Under the pieces are notes generated by a model. That model had not been told where the DNA came from. It saw nothing but the letters and a program-made list of their open reading frames with translations, and did no database searches. A program made the position numbers and the translations under genes. A stretch of DNA of 61,919 nt from a virus: the IMG/VR virus record IMGVR_UViG_3300034025_000033, positions 1-61,919 of that record. One strand, 5' to 3'. This document shows, piece after piece, positions 1 through 7,668 of the stretch. Each line of letters opens with the position of its first letter. Position 1 is the first letter of the stretch.

Positions 1-127
1 GGGCAGCCGGGCCGGAGTTGCGCCGGGTGGCGCATGGAGACAGACAAGCCCGACAAGAAAAAAGCCCGGCGAACCGGGCTTCTGTCTATATTTCCTACCG
101 GAACAGTAGGGATGATGCTTGTAGGAA
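1..127. repeat. Terminal direct repeat, copy 1 (identical to 61793..61919)
   Basis: The first 127 nt (gggcagccgggccggagttg...gatgatgcttgtaggaa) recur base-for-base as the last 127 nt of the window. Consistent with a circular-assembly overlap or a short terminal redundancy. Confidence 0.95.
58..80 (-). terminator. Intrinsic terminator in the late-operon leader (second copy at 61850..61872)
   Basis: Minus strand reads AGCCCGG-TTCG-CCGGGCT followed by TTTTTCTTG: a 7-bp GC-rich stem, a UUCG tetraloop and a U-run. It lies between the last early/middle gene (stop 137) and the first late gene (start 61760 across the circular junction). Confidence 0.8.
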
Positions 128-140
128 TTAATGCTGTCAA
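112..140 (-). promoter_or_regulatory. Putative late promoter (sigma70-like)
   Basis: Minus strand: TTGACA (140..135), a 17-nt spacer, then CATCAT (117..112). The -35 overlaps the stop codon of the 75-aa ORF. The terminator at 58..80 follows about 25 nt after the predicted start site. Confidence 0.5.
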
Positions 141-364
141 TCAGCAATTTGGGTCTTACATCCGCTGTTTCTTTGCGCGCGTTGTTCGATCACCAATAGT
201 TCGCGCTCCAGTTCCTCGTGCTTGCCTGCCATGTGCAGCTTGTACAGGCGGCTCTTGTACATCGTCGCCAAGTCGACGCCCACCTGCTTGGCGGCGGCAT
301 ACGGCGTCATGCTGCCCAGCAGGCGCATTGCCTTGGCCATCTTCGGGCCGGGTTGTCCTGCCAT
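137..364 (-). CDS. Small HTH-like protein (75 aa), last gene of the nin-like operon
   Basis: The ATG directly follows the stop of the upstream small ORF (TGAATG). Helix-turn-helix-like stretch TPYAAAKQVGVDLATMYKS. Function unknown. Confidence 0.6.
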   Translation of the reverse strand: MAGQPGPKMAKAMRLLGSMTPYAAAKQVGVDLATMYKSRLYKLHMAGKHEELERELLVIEQRAQRNSGCKTQIAD

Positions 365-541
365 TCATGCCTCCTTTTCGGTTTTGCGGCGTTCGCCGCG
401 GCGGCGCCCGGTCGGCACGCTGGCGAACATCACCGCGATCAGGCTGCGCCAGGTGCGGCGCTCCTGCTGGCGACGCTCGATGCGGACAGGGCATGTTCGG
501 CCCTGCTGGCAATTGCCGTGGCAGCACTCGCGCGGCTTCAC
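365..541 (-). CDS. Small Cys-rich protein (58 aa), below the ORF-track cutoff
   Basis: Hand translation gives VKPRECCHGNCQQGRTCPVRIERRQQERRTWRSLIAVMFASVPTGRRRGERRKTEKEA. The GTG start overlaps the upstream stop (GTGA at 541..538). The stop abuts the next ATG. It exactly fills an otherwise non-coding gap. Confidence 0.45.
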   Translation of the reverse strand: MKPRECCHGNCQQGRTCPVRIERRQQERRTWRSLIAVMFASVPTGRRRGERRKTEKEA

Positions 542-1059
542 TTCCCGCTCCCGGTTATTTTGTGAGCTTCAATAGCAGCGTCGATTTTGCTGTCGAGCAG
601 TTCGCCGATGTAGTGGAACGCGCTTGCCTGCGGCTCGGTCTTGGCGAATCCCTCCTTGAACCACTTCGCCTCGCGCAGGAACCGATACCGTGCCGCATCT
701 TTCGCATCATCTGGCAGCGCACCGGCCCCGGCCTTGCGACGGCGGATTTCGGCGGCGATGTTTTCGCTTGCAGCCTGTTCGCCAAACCAGCGGCCAGTAA
801 TGGTGGCGCTTGGGTTCATGGTTACAATCGGGCGGCTTGGACCGTAGTTCTCGGCAATCGTGGCCGCAATTTCGAGTGCTGCATCATGGATCGCGCTCGG
901 CTCGGTGCTGGCTTCGCGCTGCTGCATGGCTGCGCACCAGCCCTGCCAGCGCAACTCGATTGCACCGATGTAGTGCCCGGTATCGAGCCGAATGGTGGGC
1001 AGGTCCTTGCTAATCAACCACGCCTCAAAGCCTACCCGGTACTGCTCGACGGCGCTCAT
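538..1059 (-). CDS. Hypothetical protein (173 aa)
   Basis: ATGA start/stop overlap with the upstream gene at 1056..1059. Protein-like composition. No family recognised. Confidence 0.7.
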   Translation of the reverse strand: MSAVEQYRVGFEAWLISKDLPTIRLDTGHYIGAIELRWQGWCAAMQQREASTEPSAIHDAALEIAATIAENYGPSRPIVTMNPSATITGRWFGEQAASENIAAEIRRRKAGAGALPDDAKDAARYRFLREAKWFKEGFAKTEPQASAFHYIGELLDSKIDAAIEAHKITGSGK

Positions 1060-1367
1060 GCTGCTGCCTTTCTGCCGCGCTTGGCGGCTTTCCTTGCATC
1101 GACAGCGGCATTCCAGGCGTCGCGCTCGGTGTTGGGGCGCGGCCGGATCGCAGGTGCGGCGTTGGTCATGTAGACGCGCCGGCGATCTTCCGGCGACAGC
1201 TCGCCTTGATCGTGATACAGCAGCCCACGTTCACCTGCCTCGCTACGAGTCAGCACCTCGTACTGCTCGGCCCCTACCTTGCCGGCCAGCATGCGCGCGA
1301 TCTCGGCGCCGTTGTCCGCGCCGCCGGTAATGAGGATGACGCGCTCGGGCTTGTCTTCGGTGCTCAC
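1056..1367 (-). CDS. Hypothetical protein (103 aa, GTG start)
   Basis: GTG at 1367 overlaps the upstream stop (GTGA) and is preceded by AGGAAAG. The C-terminal tail ERDAWNAAVDARKAAKRGRK is paralogous to the tail of the upstream 81-aa ORF. Confidence 0.55.
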   Translation of the reverse strand: MSTEDKPERVILITGGADNGAEIARMLAGKVGAEQYEVLTRSEAGERGLLYHDQGELSPEDRRRVYMTNAAPAIRPRPNTERDAWNAAVDARKAAKRGRKAAA

Positions 1368-1609
1368 AGTTCTTTCCTTTCTGCGCCTACTGGCGATGAA
1401 TCCGAAACTTTGGCTGCGCGCTTTGCCGCTTTCTTGGCCTCGACCTGCTTGTTCCATTCGTCGCGCTCGCGGATAGCCAATTGCCGGGGCGTCGGCGGCG
1501 TGACCGTCGCGGTGCGCGCGGCGTCGCGCCGTACATGGCTATTGGCGCCCAGCAGAACCGTACTCATCAGCACGGCGGTTTCAAAGCTTATGTTTCGCAT
1601 GTTCCGCAT
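1364..1609 (-). CDS. Small protein with hydrophobic N-terminus (81 aa)
   Basis: The ATG immediately follows the upstream stop (TAAATG). The N-terminus ISFETAVLMSTVLLGANS looks signal-peptide-like. Basic tail ERDEWNKQVEAKKAAKRAAK. Confidence 0.6.
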   Translation of the reverse strand: MRNMRNISFETAVLMSTVLLGANSHVRRDAARTATVTPPTPRQLAIRERDEWNKQVEAKKAAKRAAKVSDSSPVGAERKEL

Positions 1610-2929
1610 TTATTCTTTCTCCTGTGTGGCGCCTACCGGCGAAGTTTCAGAAGGGGCGGCAAGAGTGCCTGTGCCTCCACAAACGCGGCAGTCCACCACT
1701 GAACCTTTGTGCTCGTAGGAGCCGTGACCGTCGCAATGTCGGCAGGCCGGCGCTGCCCCGGCATTGCTGGCGATACATGCTCTGCCGTATTCGCGCATGT
1801 CGCTTTCGGAGTAGCCATGTACGAAGCGCCTAGCATTCGGCAGCGGCGGCAGATCGCCCGGTGCAGCGGCACTGGTGGCGAGATCGTCCATGTCTTTGCG
1901 CGATACGATGAGGCGGCCTTGCCCGTCGCAGTCGTCGCATCCGATGGTCGGGCCGTGGCGACCTTGCGAAAATACCCAGCCTTCGCCCTTGCATGTAGGG
2001 CACTCTGCCGTTGTCAGGTCGGTCGGTGCGGCATTGCCTGCGGTAGCGCGCAGCTTTTCGATTTCCTCGGCCTGCCGGATGATGACTTGATTTGCGATCC
2101 TCAATTTTCCGAAGTTGAGATCGTCGCTGCTCGGGGCAGCAGTAGTGCCTGCAACGACTTTTGCCTCGATAGCGCGACCGATGCACAGGGCTTGGGGGAT
2201 CGTGCAAGACACTTCCTCATCAGCAAACGCGCCGATGATTGCCGAGTCGGTCAGGGCCGGTGCAGTAGTGCCTGCGGTAGCGCGGCGGGCGAGTGCTGCG
2301 CGAAGGTCGGCGATTTCGGCGTCGCGAGCACCAAGTGCGGCGCTGGCCCCGGTCAAGGCATAGCCGGGCGTGTTCGGGTCGCGGAACATGCCGTCCACAA
2401 TGCGCTCTTGCCACGGCTTGATCTCTTCGCCGCTCGGGGCGCGCTCTGCCTCCAGTCGCAGGATGTGCTCGTTCGCCTGCTCAAGCCGGGCCTTCAACTG
2501 CTCGCACGTCATTTCGGCCAAGCCAAGATTTACCGTTACCGCCTTCAGCGCGCGCTCTTGGGCATCCGATGCGGGAGGAGTAGAGGCGGCGAACAACTTT
2601 CGCGTGTCGTCAAAGCCGCGATGGAACCAGTAATAGGACTCGGTGTCGGGGCGGTGATTGCATTCGGTGCGCTCGCCTTCAAGGTATGCTTCTACGCCGT
2701 TCACGTAAGCCTTCCGGTAGCCTATTTTTACGGGGCGTTCGGCCTCCATCCTGTCGCTACGCGCTGGGGATGGCTTAGGGCGCGGCGCGTTCGGGCAGGT
2801 CAGCCGCGCGCCGTTGTAGCTCTCGTGCGTGTCGCAGTCGATGCAGCGGCCCGTAACGTCAAAGCGGTGCAATGCAGACGATGGCTGCGAGGCGGAGGTT
2901 TCCCCTTCGGGGGTAGGTTTGTTGGTCAT
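1610..2929 (-). CDS. Coiled-coil protein with four DnaJ-type CxxCxGxG zinc-finger repeats (439 aa)
   Basis: Trimmed from the 521-aa ORF to the ATG at 2929 (MTNKPTPEG), 4 nt after the upstream stop. Motifs: CPTCKGEG, CDDCDGQG, CRHCDGHG, CRVCGGTG. Shares the block CDDCDGQG[KR][IL]IVSRKD with the 300-aa Ea22-like ORF. Confidence 0.75.
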   Translation of the reverse strand: MTNKPTPEGETSASQPSSALHRFDVTGRCIDCDTHESYNGARLTCPNAPRPKPSPARSDRMEAERPVKIGYRKAYVNGVEAYLEGERTECNHRPDTESYYWFHRGFDDTRKLFAASTPPASDAQERALKAVTVNLGLAEMTCEQLKARLEQANEHILRLEAERAPSGEEIKPWQERIVDGMFRDPNTPGYALTGASAALGARDAEIADLRAALARRATAGTTAPALTDSAIIGAFADEEVSCTIPQALCIGRAIEAKVVAGTTAAPSSDDLNFGKLRIANQVIIRQAEEIEKLRATAGNAAPTDLTTAECPTCKGEGWVFSQGRHGPTIGCDDCDGQGRLIVSRKDMDDLATSAAAPGDLPPLPNARRFVHGYSESDMREYGRACIASNAGAAPACRHCDGHGSYEHKGSVVDCRVCGGTGTLAAPSETSPVGATQEKE

Positions 2930-2933
2930 GGTG

Positions 2934-3482
2934 TCAGTCCTTCGGCGAAAAAGTGATCTGGCCGTCCAGCAGGCCGTTGACGATAGCGTTGAATTCCCAG
3001 CTGTAGACCTGCGCCTCGACATAGACGCGCAGACCGTCGCGGTAGTCATGCTTCTTGCGCTTGATGAATGCCTCAGCGGCCTCCTTCGTGAAATGCGCGT
3101 TGACGAACTCCCAGCGCTCGTCCCAGCCCGAAACGGTGTGCTCGCGCAGCTCGCCGAGGATGTCCCATTGCACATCGGCGCTGAGCGTCAGGAACGGGCC
3201 GTCGGCTGTGTCTTTACCAAGGGCGTCGAGTTCTTCGCGCATGCCCTCGTTATCGTCCCAGTATTCCTGCGGACTGAAATACATACTTTCGTCAACGTAG
3301 ACGGCCAGCTTGTCCGTATAGGCACAGTCGATGCCGAAGATGATCCGGCGCGCCTGCACAGTGAACATCGGATCGGCCGTGTAGTGCCAGTCCACACCCT
3401 CGCCGCGCACATGGTGGCGCAGGCGCTGCACGAAGTCGTTGAACGTGTCGGCGGTCAGTTCCGCTCCGGTTGCGAGGCTCAT
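2934..3482 (-). CDS. Hypothetical conserved-looking phage protein (182 aa)
   Basis: ATGA overlap with the upstream gene at 3479..3482. Well-behaved W/Y/D/E-rich composition. No family recognised. Confidence 0.75.
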   Translation of the reverse strand: MSLATGAELTADTFNDFVQRLRHHVRGEGVDWHYTADPMFTVQARRIIFGIDCAYTDKLAVYVDESMYFSPQEYWDDNEGMREELDALGKDTADGPFLTLSADVQWDILGELREHTVSGWDERWEFVNAHFTKEAAEAFIKRKKHDYRDGLRVYVEAQVYSWEFNAIVNGLLDGQITFSPKD

Positions 3483-4381
3483 TGGTCGCCCCCTTGTTGG
3501 GTGGTAGGGGTGGCGAGAGCAGCAATACGAATAACGTGGCGCTCAAGCGCAAGACTGATTTCCGTCCGCATATCCGCCAACGCATCGAACACCGCTTTTT
3601 CTGCCGCTGCGCGCTCGGGCATCGCCACCAGTGCGCCCACAGGCTGCGGTGCTACGTAATCTTCGCGCTTCAAATCCCATTTGCGAAAATCGTGCGGGAA
3701 CTCGCTCGCCTGATCCTGCTGCTCGGTTTCTCCTACCGCTACGGGAGGAGTGGCGAGGGATTCCAGCAGGTCGGCTGCGCGGTCGAGCATGAATACATCG
3801 CAGGCCGAACCGCCCGCCGCGTCAGCGCGCAGGCGCTCGACCAGTTCCGGAATGGTCAGACGGTCGGCATACTCCTTGTGAGGATGCTGCACTGCCCCTC
3901 CAGGCACAGCGGCAGGCTGGGCGGCTTCCGCAAGGTCTTTACGCGAAACGATGATCTTGCCTTGACCGTCGCAGTCGTCGCAGCCTTCTCCGTGCTCCTG
4001 ATAGCTTTCGGCAGTCTGTCCCGAGTGCCCGCCGATCAGGCCATGTCCATTGCAGGACGGGCAGTTCATGGTTGTCAGGTCCGATTGCACTTCGGCAGCA
4101 TGGGGAGCAGTGGCGCGGCGGGCCTGCTCGATCAGGGCGATAACGGTGGCAGGGTTGGCCGCAGCGATGAAAGCTCCGTTTGCGTCAGCCTGTGGCTGAA
4201 AGCCCTCGCCGGTCACCACATGGGCCAGCATCAAGCCGCGCGTGCCGATTACAGGCATATTGTTGGGACCGCGCGTTGCCTCGGCCCACGGTCCAGGCGT
4301 TGCCGCGCGCGCCAGTGCTTCCAGCTTGTCGATGTCGAGGTCAGGGGCGCCTTGCGCCTGGCTTTGGGTGTCGTCATGCAT
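3479..4381 (-). CDS. Ead/Ea22-like protein with DnaJ-type zinc finger (300 aa)
   Basis: ATPGPWAEA...ANGAFIAAANPATVIALIEQ matches the lambdoid Ead/Ea22 signature as I recall it. It also carries CPSCNGHG and CDDCDGQG (CxxCxGxG). Confidence 0.75.
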   Translation of the reverse strand: MHDDTQSQAQGAPDLDIDKLEALARAATPGPWAEATRGPNNMPVIGTRGLMLAHVVTGEGFQPQADANGAFIAAANPATVIALIEQARRATAPHAAEVQSDLTTMNCPSCNGHGLIGGHSGQTAESYQEHGEGCDDCDGQGKIIVSRKDLAEAAQPAAVPGGAVQHPHKEYADRLTIPELVERLRADAAGGSACDVFMLDRAADLLESLATPPVAVGETEQQDQASEFPHDFRKWDLKREDYVAPQPVGALVAMPERAAAEKAVFDALADMRTEISLALERHVIRIAALATPTTQQGGDQ

Positions 4382-4976
4382 TGCGGCTCTCCTTGGCGCA
4401 GTTCAGAAAGTCGATCGCCGCCTGCACCATCGCCTTGCGGATGGCGTGGCCGACGGTTGGGTGTTCGGCATAGCGGGCGATGTTGTAGACCAGCATGCCT
4501 TCGGCTTCGATTCGCACCGTTACCTGGCCGTCCTCGTCGTCGCGCAAAATCGACAGCGGCAGGCGCTCCATCAGGTCGCCCATCGCGCTCTTGTCGCGCC
4601 GCCAGCGCGGAATCGGGCCGCGCTCCAGCCGCGCCTGGGTGCCGCGCGCGCCCTTGTCGGTGCCGAAAATCCAGTAGTTGTCGACCACGCCGCTGTTCAT
4701 CGCCAGGTCGCCGAAGCGCAGCAGCTTGGCCAGCGCCATGTCGTCGTTAATCATGCCCTGGATGTAGTCGCCTTCGTCGCCGATCAGTTCGATCGTCAGG
4801 CGGTCCAGCCCCTGCGCCACCGTCAGGCCGGCGGCAGCACAGGCGGCTGCGTAGTTGGTGTGGCCGGCGCGGCGCGCGATCTGGTCGAGCGCGGCGATTT
4901 CGCTGATGGCGGCAACGACTTCCGGTTCAGCATTGCCGTCGCCGTCCTTTTGCGTGATCTTGTAGCGGTTTTTCAT
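4374..4976 (-). CDS. Hypothetical protein (200 aa)
   Basis: Start chosen at ATG 4976 (MKNRYKITQKDG), 7 nt after GGAGA. The longer ORF extension to 5060 is Ala/Ser-rich shadow sequence. Confidence 0.65.
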   Translation of the reverse strand: MKNRYKITQKDGDGNAEPEVVAAISEIAALDQIARRAGHTNYAAACAAAGLTVAQGLDRLTIELIGDEGDYIQGMINDDMALAKLLRFGDLAMNSGVVDNYWIFGTDKGARGTQARLERGPIPRWRRDKSAMGDLMERLPLSILRDDEDGQVTVRIEAEGMLVYNIARYAEHPTVGHAIRKAMVQAAIDFLNCAKESRNA

Positions 4977-5019
4977 TGTCATTCTCCGGTCAGGCGCATC
5001 TGCGTGCGCGGTTGTGAAA

Positions 5020-5334
5020 CTACTTGCTCCACATGAGGATGCAGCGGCGCCGCAACTCATGCGAATAAGGATTGTCGTAATTGCCTTGCGCCGACAGCGC
5101 GGTGGCCTTCTGCGTCAGTTCATCCATGCCCATGGAGCGGACCTGGCGGCGCTGCCGCCAGACACGGATGCCCTGAAAGGTGGCCGGTACGCCCACCACG
5201 ACCGTCAATTCAAGAATCATGATTCGAACCTCGCGGGTTATATGGAACCGCATGATTGCGCCCATGAACATCATCATTACCCATAACGCCATATATTGCA
5301 AGATGAATTTGATGGGCGTTCTGATGCGTGGCAA
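5020..5334 (-). CDS. Small membrane protein in a lower-GC islet (up to 104 aa)
   Basis: Hydrophobic segments ALWVMMMFMGAIM and IMILELTVVVGV. Local sequence is visibly more AT-rich than the flanks. The true start may be an internal Met (5292). Confidence 0.5.
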   Translation of the reverse strand: MPRIRTPIKFILQYMALWVMMMFMGAIMRFHITREVRIMILELTVVVGVPATFQGIRVWRQRRQVRSMGMDELTQKATALSAQGNYDNPYSHELRRRCILMWSK

Positions 5335-5390
5335 TTCGTGGACGAAAAAACGGCGCCGGGCGAACAGGTCGCGGCGGCGCCGAAGGGAGA

Positions 5391-6062
5391 TCAGTCCTGG
5401 CGGTCGCTGCGGCGCCGGCCCTGGTTCAGGGCATTGTGGCGGTTGCTCATGTTGTGCGGGTCTTCGCGGCGATCGGTGTTGAAGGCGACCTTTTCCGGTG
5501 TCGGCCAGGCGATCTTCGGCAGTTCGGGCAGCGCCTTGTAGTCGACTCCGGACTGCATGCCGTGGCGCGTCAGGATCGTCGTCGCGCTGCGCAGCATATG
5601 GTCGTTCGGGCTGTGCAGCGCCAGCGCGTGCGCCAGGCGCGCCACCATCAAGCCGAGATCCTGCACCGCCAGGTCTTTCGACGGGAAGCGCGGCGGGCGG
5701 TCGTCCGGGTTCGGTTCCTGCCCGTGCAGCACCGCCATCAGCGAGCGGTAGGCGCGGCCCGCATCCTCGATCCTGGCGCCGGCGTAGGTCATGCCGGCCT
5801 CGTCGATGCAGATGGCACCGAAGACGAATTGCTGCTTCATCGGCGGCAGGCTGACGATGCTTCCCAGCGGCTCGTGCGCGGCGATCATCACGGCCAAGTC
5901 GTTGATCGGGTCCGACTCTGCGCCCGGCGTGCGCAGGGTCTGGCCGGTGGGGCAGCGGCAGAACGCCGTCTGCAGCACCGAATTGCCGGTCACGACACCA
6001 CAGTCATCGCACGCCAGGCAGGCCGGCGCGGTGAGGATGCTTGCACTTTTCATGGCTTCCAT
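5391..6062 (-). CDS. Hypothetical protein with Cys-rich N-terminus (223 aa)
   Basis: N-terminus CLACDDCGVVTGNSVLQTAFCRCPTG suggests metal binding. No family recognised. Confidence 0.65.
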   Translation of the reverse strand: MEAMKSASILTAPACLACDDCGVVTGNSVLQTAFCRCPTGQTLRTPGAESDPINDLAVMIAAHEPLGSIVSLPPMKQQFVFGAICIDEAGMTYAGARIEDAGRAYRSLMAVLHGQEPNPDDRPPRFPSKDLAVQDLGLMVARLAHALALHSPNDHMLRSATTILTRHGMQSGVDYKALPELPKIAWPTPEKVAFNTDRREDPHNMSNRHNALNQGRRRSDRQD

Positions 6063-6076
6063 GGTTTCCCTTATCG

Positions 6077-6325
6077 TTATTGCACTGCGGTTTGATGGGT
6101 GTTGCGCTCTTGATGCTCCAGGTGCATGCGGGCGATCGCCGCCGCTTCGCTTTCCTCCAGGTGACTGGGTTGAAAGGCATGGCGCAGGTCCAGATCGTCG
6201 ATCCAGCCGTCGTATTGCTTTTCCAGGTAGCGGTCGATCAGCCAGGCGCCGACGATCATCACGGCCACGATCCCGATCAGGATCCAGAAGCCGGGAACAT
6301 TGCTCAAACGCTCCAGGTCACGCAT
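6077..6325 (-). CDS. Small single-pass membrane protein (82 aa)
   Basis: ATG at 6325 overlaps the upstream gene end by 8 nt. TM segment GFWILIGIVAVMIVGAWLI. Confidence 0.6.
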   Translation of the reverse strand: MRDLERLSNVPGFWILIGIVAVMIVGAWLIDRYLEKQYDGWIDDLDLRHAFQPSHLEESEAAAIARMHLEHQERNTHQTAVQ

Positions 6326-6875
6326 GTTCGGCCTCCAGCATCGGCAGGTCCAGGCGCTGCGCCAGCGTCGCCAGCGCGTTCTCGTGGATCTCGCCGTCGA
6401 GCTTTTCCAGCAGCGCGATCGCCTTGTGCAGCTTGTTGTAGCCGATCTTGAATTCGCTGGCGATGTCCTCGACCGTCCAGCCCTGGCCGCGGTCGCGCTC
6501 GGCGATGTAGTGGCGCGAGACGATCCGGTCGACCAGCTGCGGGTTGCCCGCCACATGCGACAGCTGGACGTGGTAGTGGTTCTGCAGCCAGGCCGTCACG
6601 GTGCGCCGCTCTTCCCAGTCGGTCGAATAGTGCGCGGTCAGGACCGCCCTTTCCGTGCTCATCATGCCCAGCGCCACCGCCCCCAGCACGGCCGCGCCGA
6701 ACTGGCCGATCATGCGCAGGGTCGGCGCGTCGAGCAGCACGGCCGGCACGTTGGTGCCCGCCTCGCGTAGCGCCATGCGCACCTGCTGCTCGTGCGAGAT
6801 CTGCGGCGTCTCCGGGCCGGTGCCGAGCAGGAAGGCGAATTTCACCGCCTGCTGATAACTGTCAAAAATTTTCAT
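6318..6875 (-). CDS. Putative transcriptional regulator with C-terminal HTH (185 aa)
   Basis: The C-terminal WTVEDIASEFKIGYNKLHKAIALLEKL resembles a sigma70 region-4 / LuxR-type HTH. It sits just downstream of RusA, where lambdoid phages keep late regulators. Function is inferred only. Confidence 0.6.
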   Translation of the reverse strand: MKIFDSYQQAVKFAFLLGTGPETPQISHEQQVRMALREAGTNVPAVLLDAPTLRMIGQFGAAVLGAVALGMMSTERAVLTAHYSTDWEERRTVTAWLQNHYHVQLSHVAGNPQLVDRIVSRHYIAERDRGQGWTVEDIASEFKIGYNKLHKAIALLEKLDGEIHENALATLAQRLDLPMLEAEHA

Positions 6876-6922
6876 GTCTGTCTCTCCAGATTATTGTTCA
6901 GCTTGCTAAAAGATCGCACGAA

Positions 6923-7357
6923 TTATGCGGACTCGCCATCAATTTCTGACACCGTGACCAGGGCGCCGGGAACCTCGCCGTAGTCCTTGCTCAACTCGAT
7001 GCGCACCACCTGCGCATCGTCGCGCCAGACGATGCCGTTGCAGCCGTCCTTGATCCCTTTCAGGACGTTGTCGGCGTCGGGCTTCTTCGTGGCGCGGATC
7101 GCGCCGGCCAGCGCCAGCGCGCGCCGCTTGTTCGACCAACTCGCCGGCACCTGTAGCGTCAGCGCGACAGTCAGGCGCACCGGGCGGCCGGTTGGATCGG
7201 ATCCCTTCATCGCCACCGCCGCCACCAGCTTGACCAGGTTTTCGTAGCTGGCGGTCTTTTGCGGCGTATAGGCGACGACATTGGCGCCGCGGCGCGCGAA
7301 CTTCGGGCGCCCCTTCGCCACCGGCTGGCCGGGGATCGTGAATGTCGCCAGCGCCAT
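6923..7357 (-). CDS. rusA: RusA-family Holliday junction resolvase (144 aa)
   Basis: MALATFTIPGQPVAKGRPKF...YTPQKT...KKPDADNVLKGIKDGCNGIVWRDDAQV matches the RusA signature. ATGA overlap with the upstream ORF at 7357. Confidence 0.85.
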   Translation of the reverse strand: MALATFTIPGQPVAKGRPKFARRGANVVAYTPQKTASYENLVKLVAAVAMKGSDPTGRPVRLTVALTLQVPASWSNKRRALALAGAIRATKKPDADNVLKGIKDGCNGIVWRDDAQVVRIELSKDYGEVPGALVTVSEIDGESA

Positions 7358-7668
7358 CACTCGACTCCGCCCTTCTTCGGCAGCAGGTCGGAATAATGCG
7401 GCGCCTCGTGCGTGTTCTCGCTCAGTTCTGGCGGGATCGGGTGGCGCACGATGTCGGCCTGCGGTTTCAGGAAGCGCATGGTTTCGGCAAGCGCGCGCTG
7501 CGCCCATTCGGGCCGACCCGCCGGAACATCGCAAATTCCGCAGATCTTGTGCGCCTCATCTTCCATGGCTTTCATCATCGCCAGCACGTTTGCGGGCATC
7601 GGATTGTCTGGCGCCATCCATACCTGCCCGGCCAGCAGCTCGATGTCGTTGTCTTTTTCGTCGTTCAC
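7357..7668 (-). CDS. Hypothetical protein (103 aa, GTG start)
   Basis: GGGAGG sits 6 nt before the GTG at 7668, which overlaps the upstream stop (GTGA). The 5' part of the 230-aa ORF (7669..8049) is Arg/Ala shadow sequence. Confidence 0.55.
   Translation of the reverse strand: MNDEKDNDIELLAGQVWMAPDNPMPANVLAMMKAMEDEAHKICGICDVPAGRPEWAQRALAETMRFLKPQADIVRHPIPPELSENTHEAPHYSDLLPKKGGVE

Noticed and set aside
94-110. Hairpin CCTAC-7 nt-GTAGG between the late promoter and the terminator
   Set aside because: The predicted transcription start falls inside it, so it is unlikely to form in the RNA. It is only 5 bp.
34-1173. 379-aa plus-strand ORF at the left end
   Set aside because: It is antisense to a chain of tightly coupled minus-strand genes. 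Its Arg/Ala/Gly/Pro-rich composition is typical of shadow ORFs in GC-rich DNA. It has no RBS.
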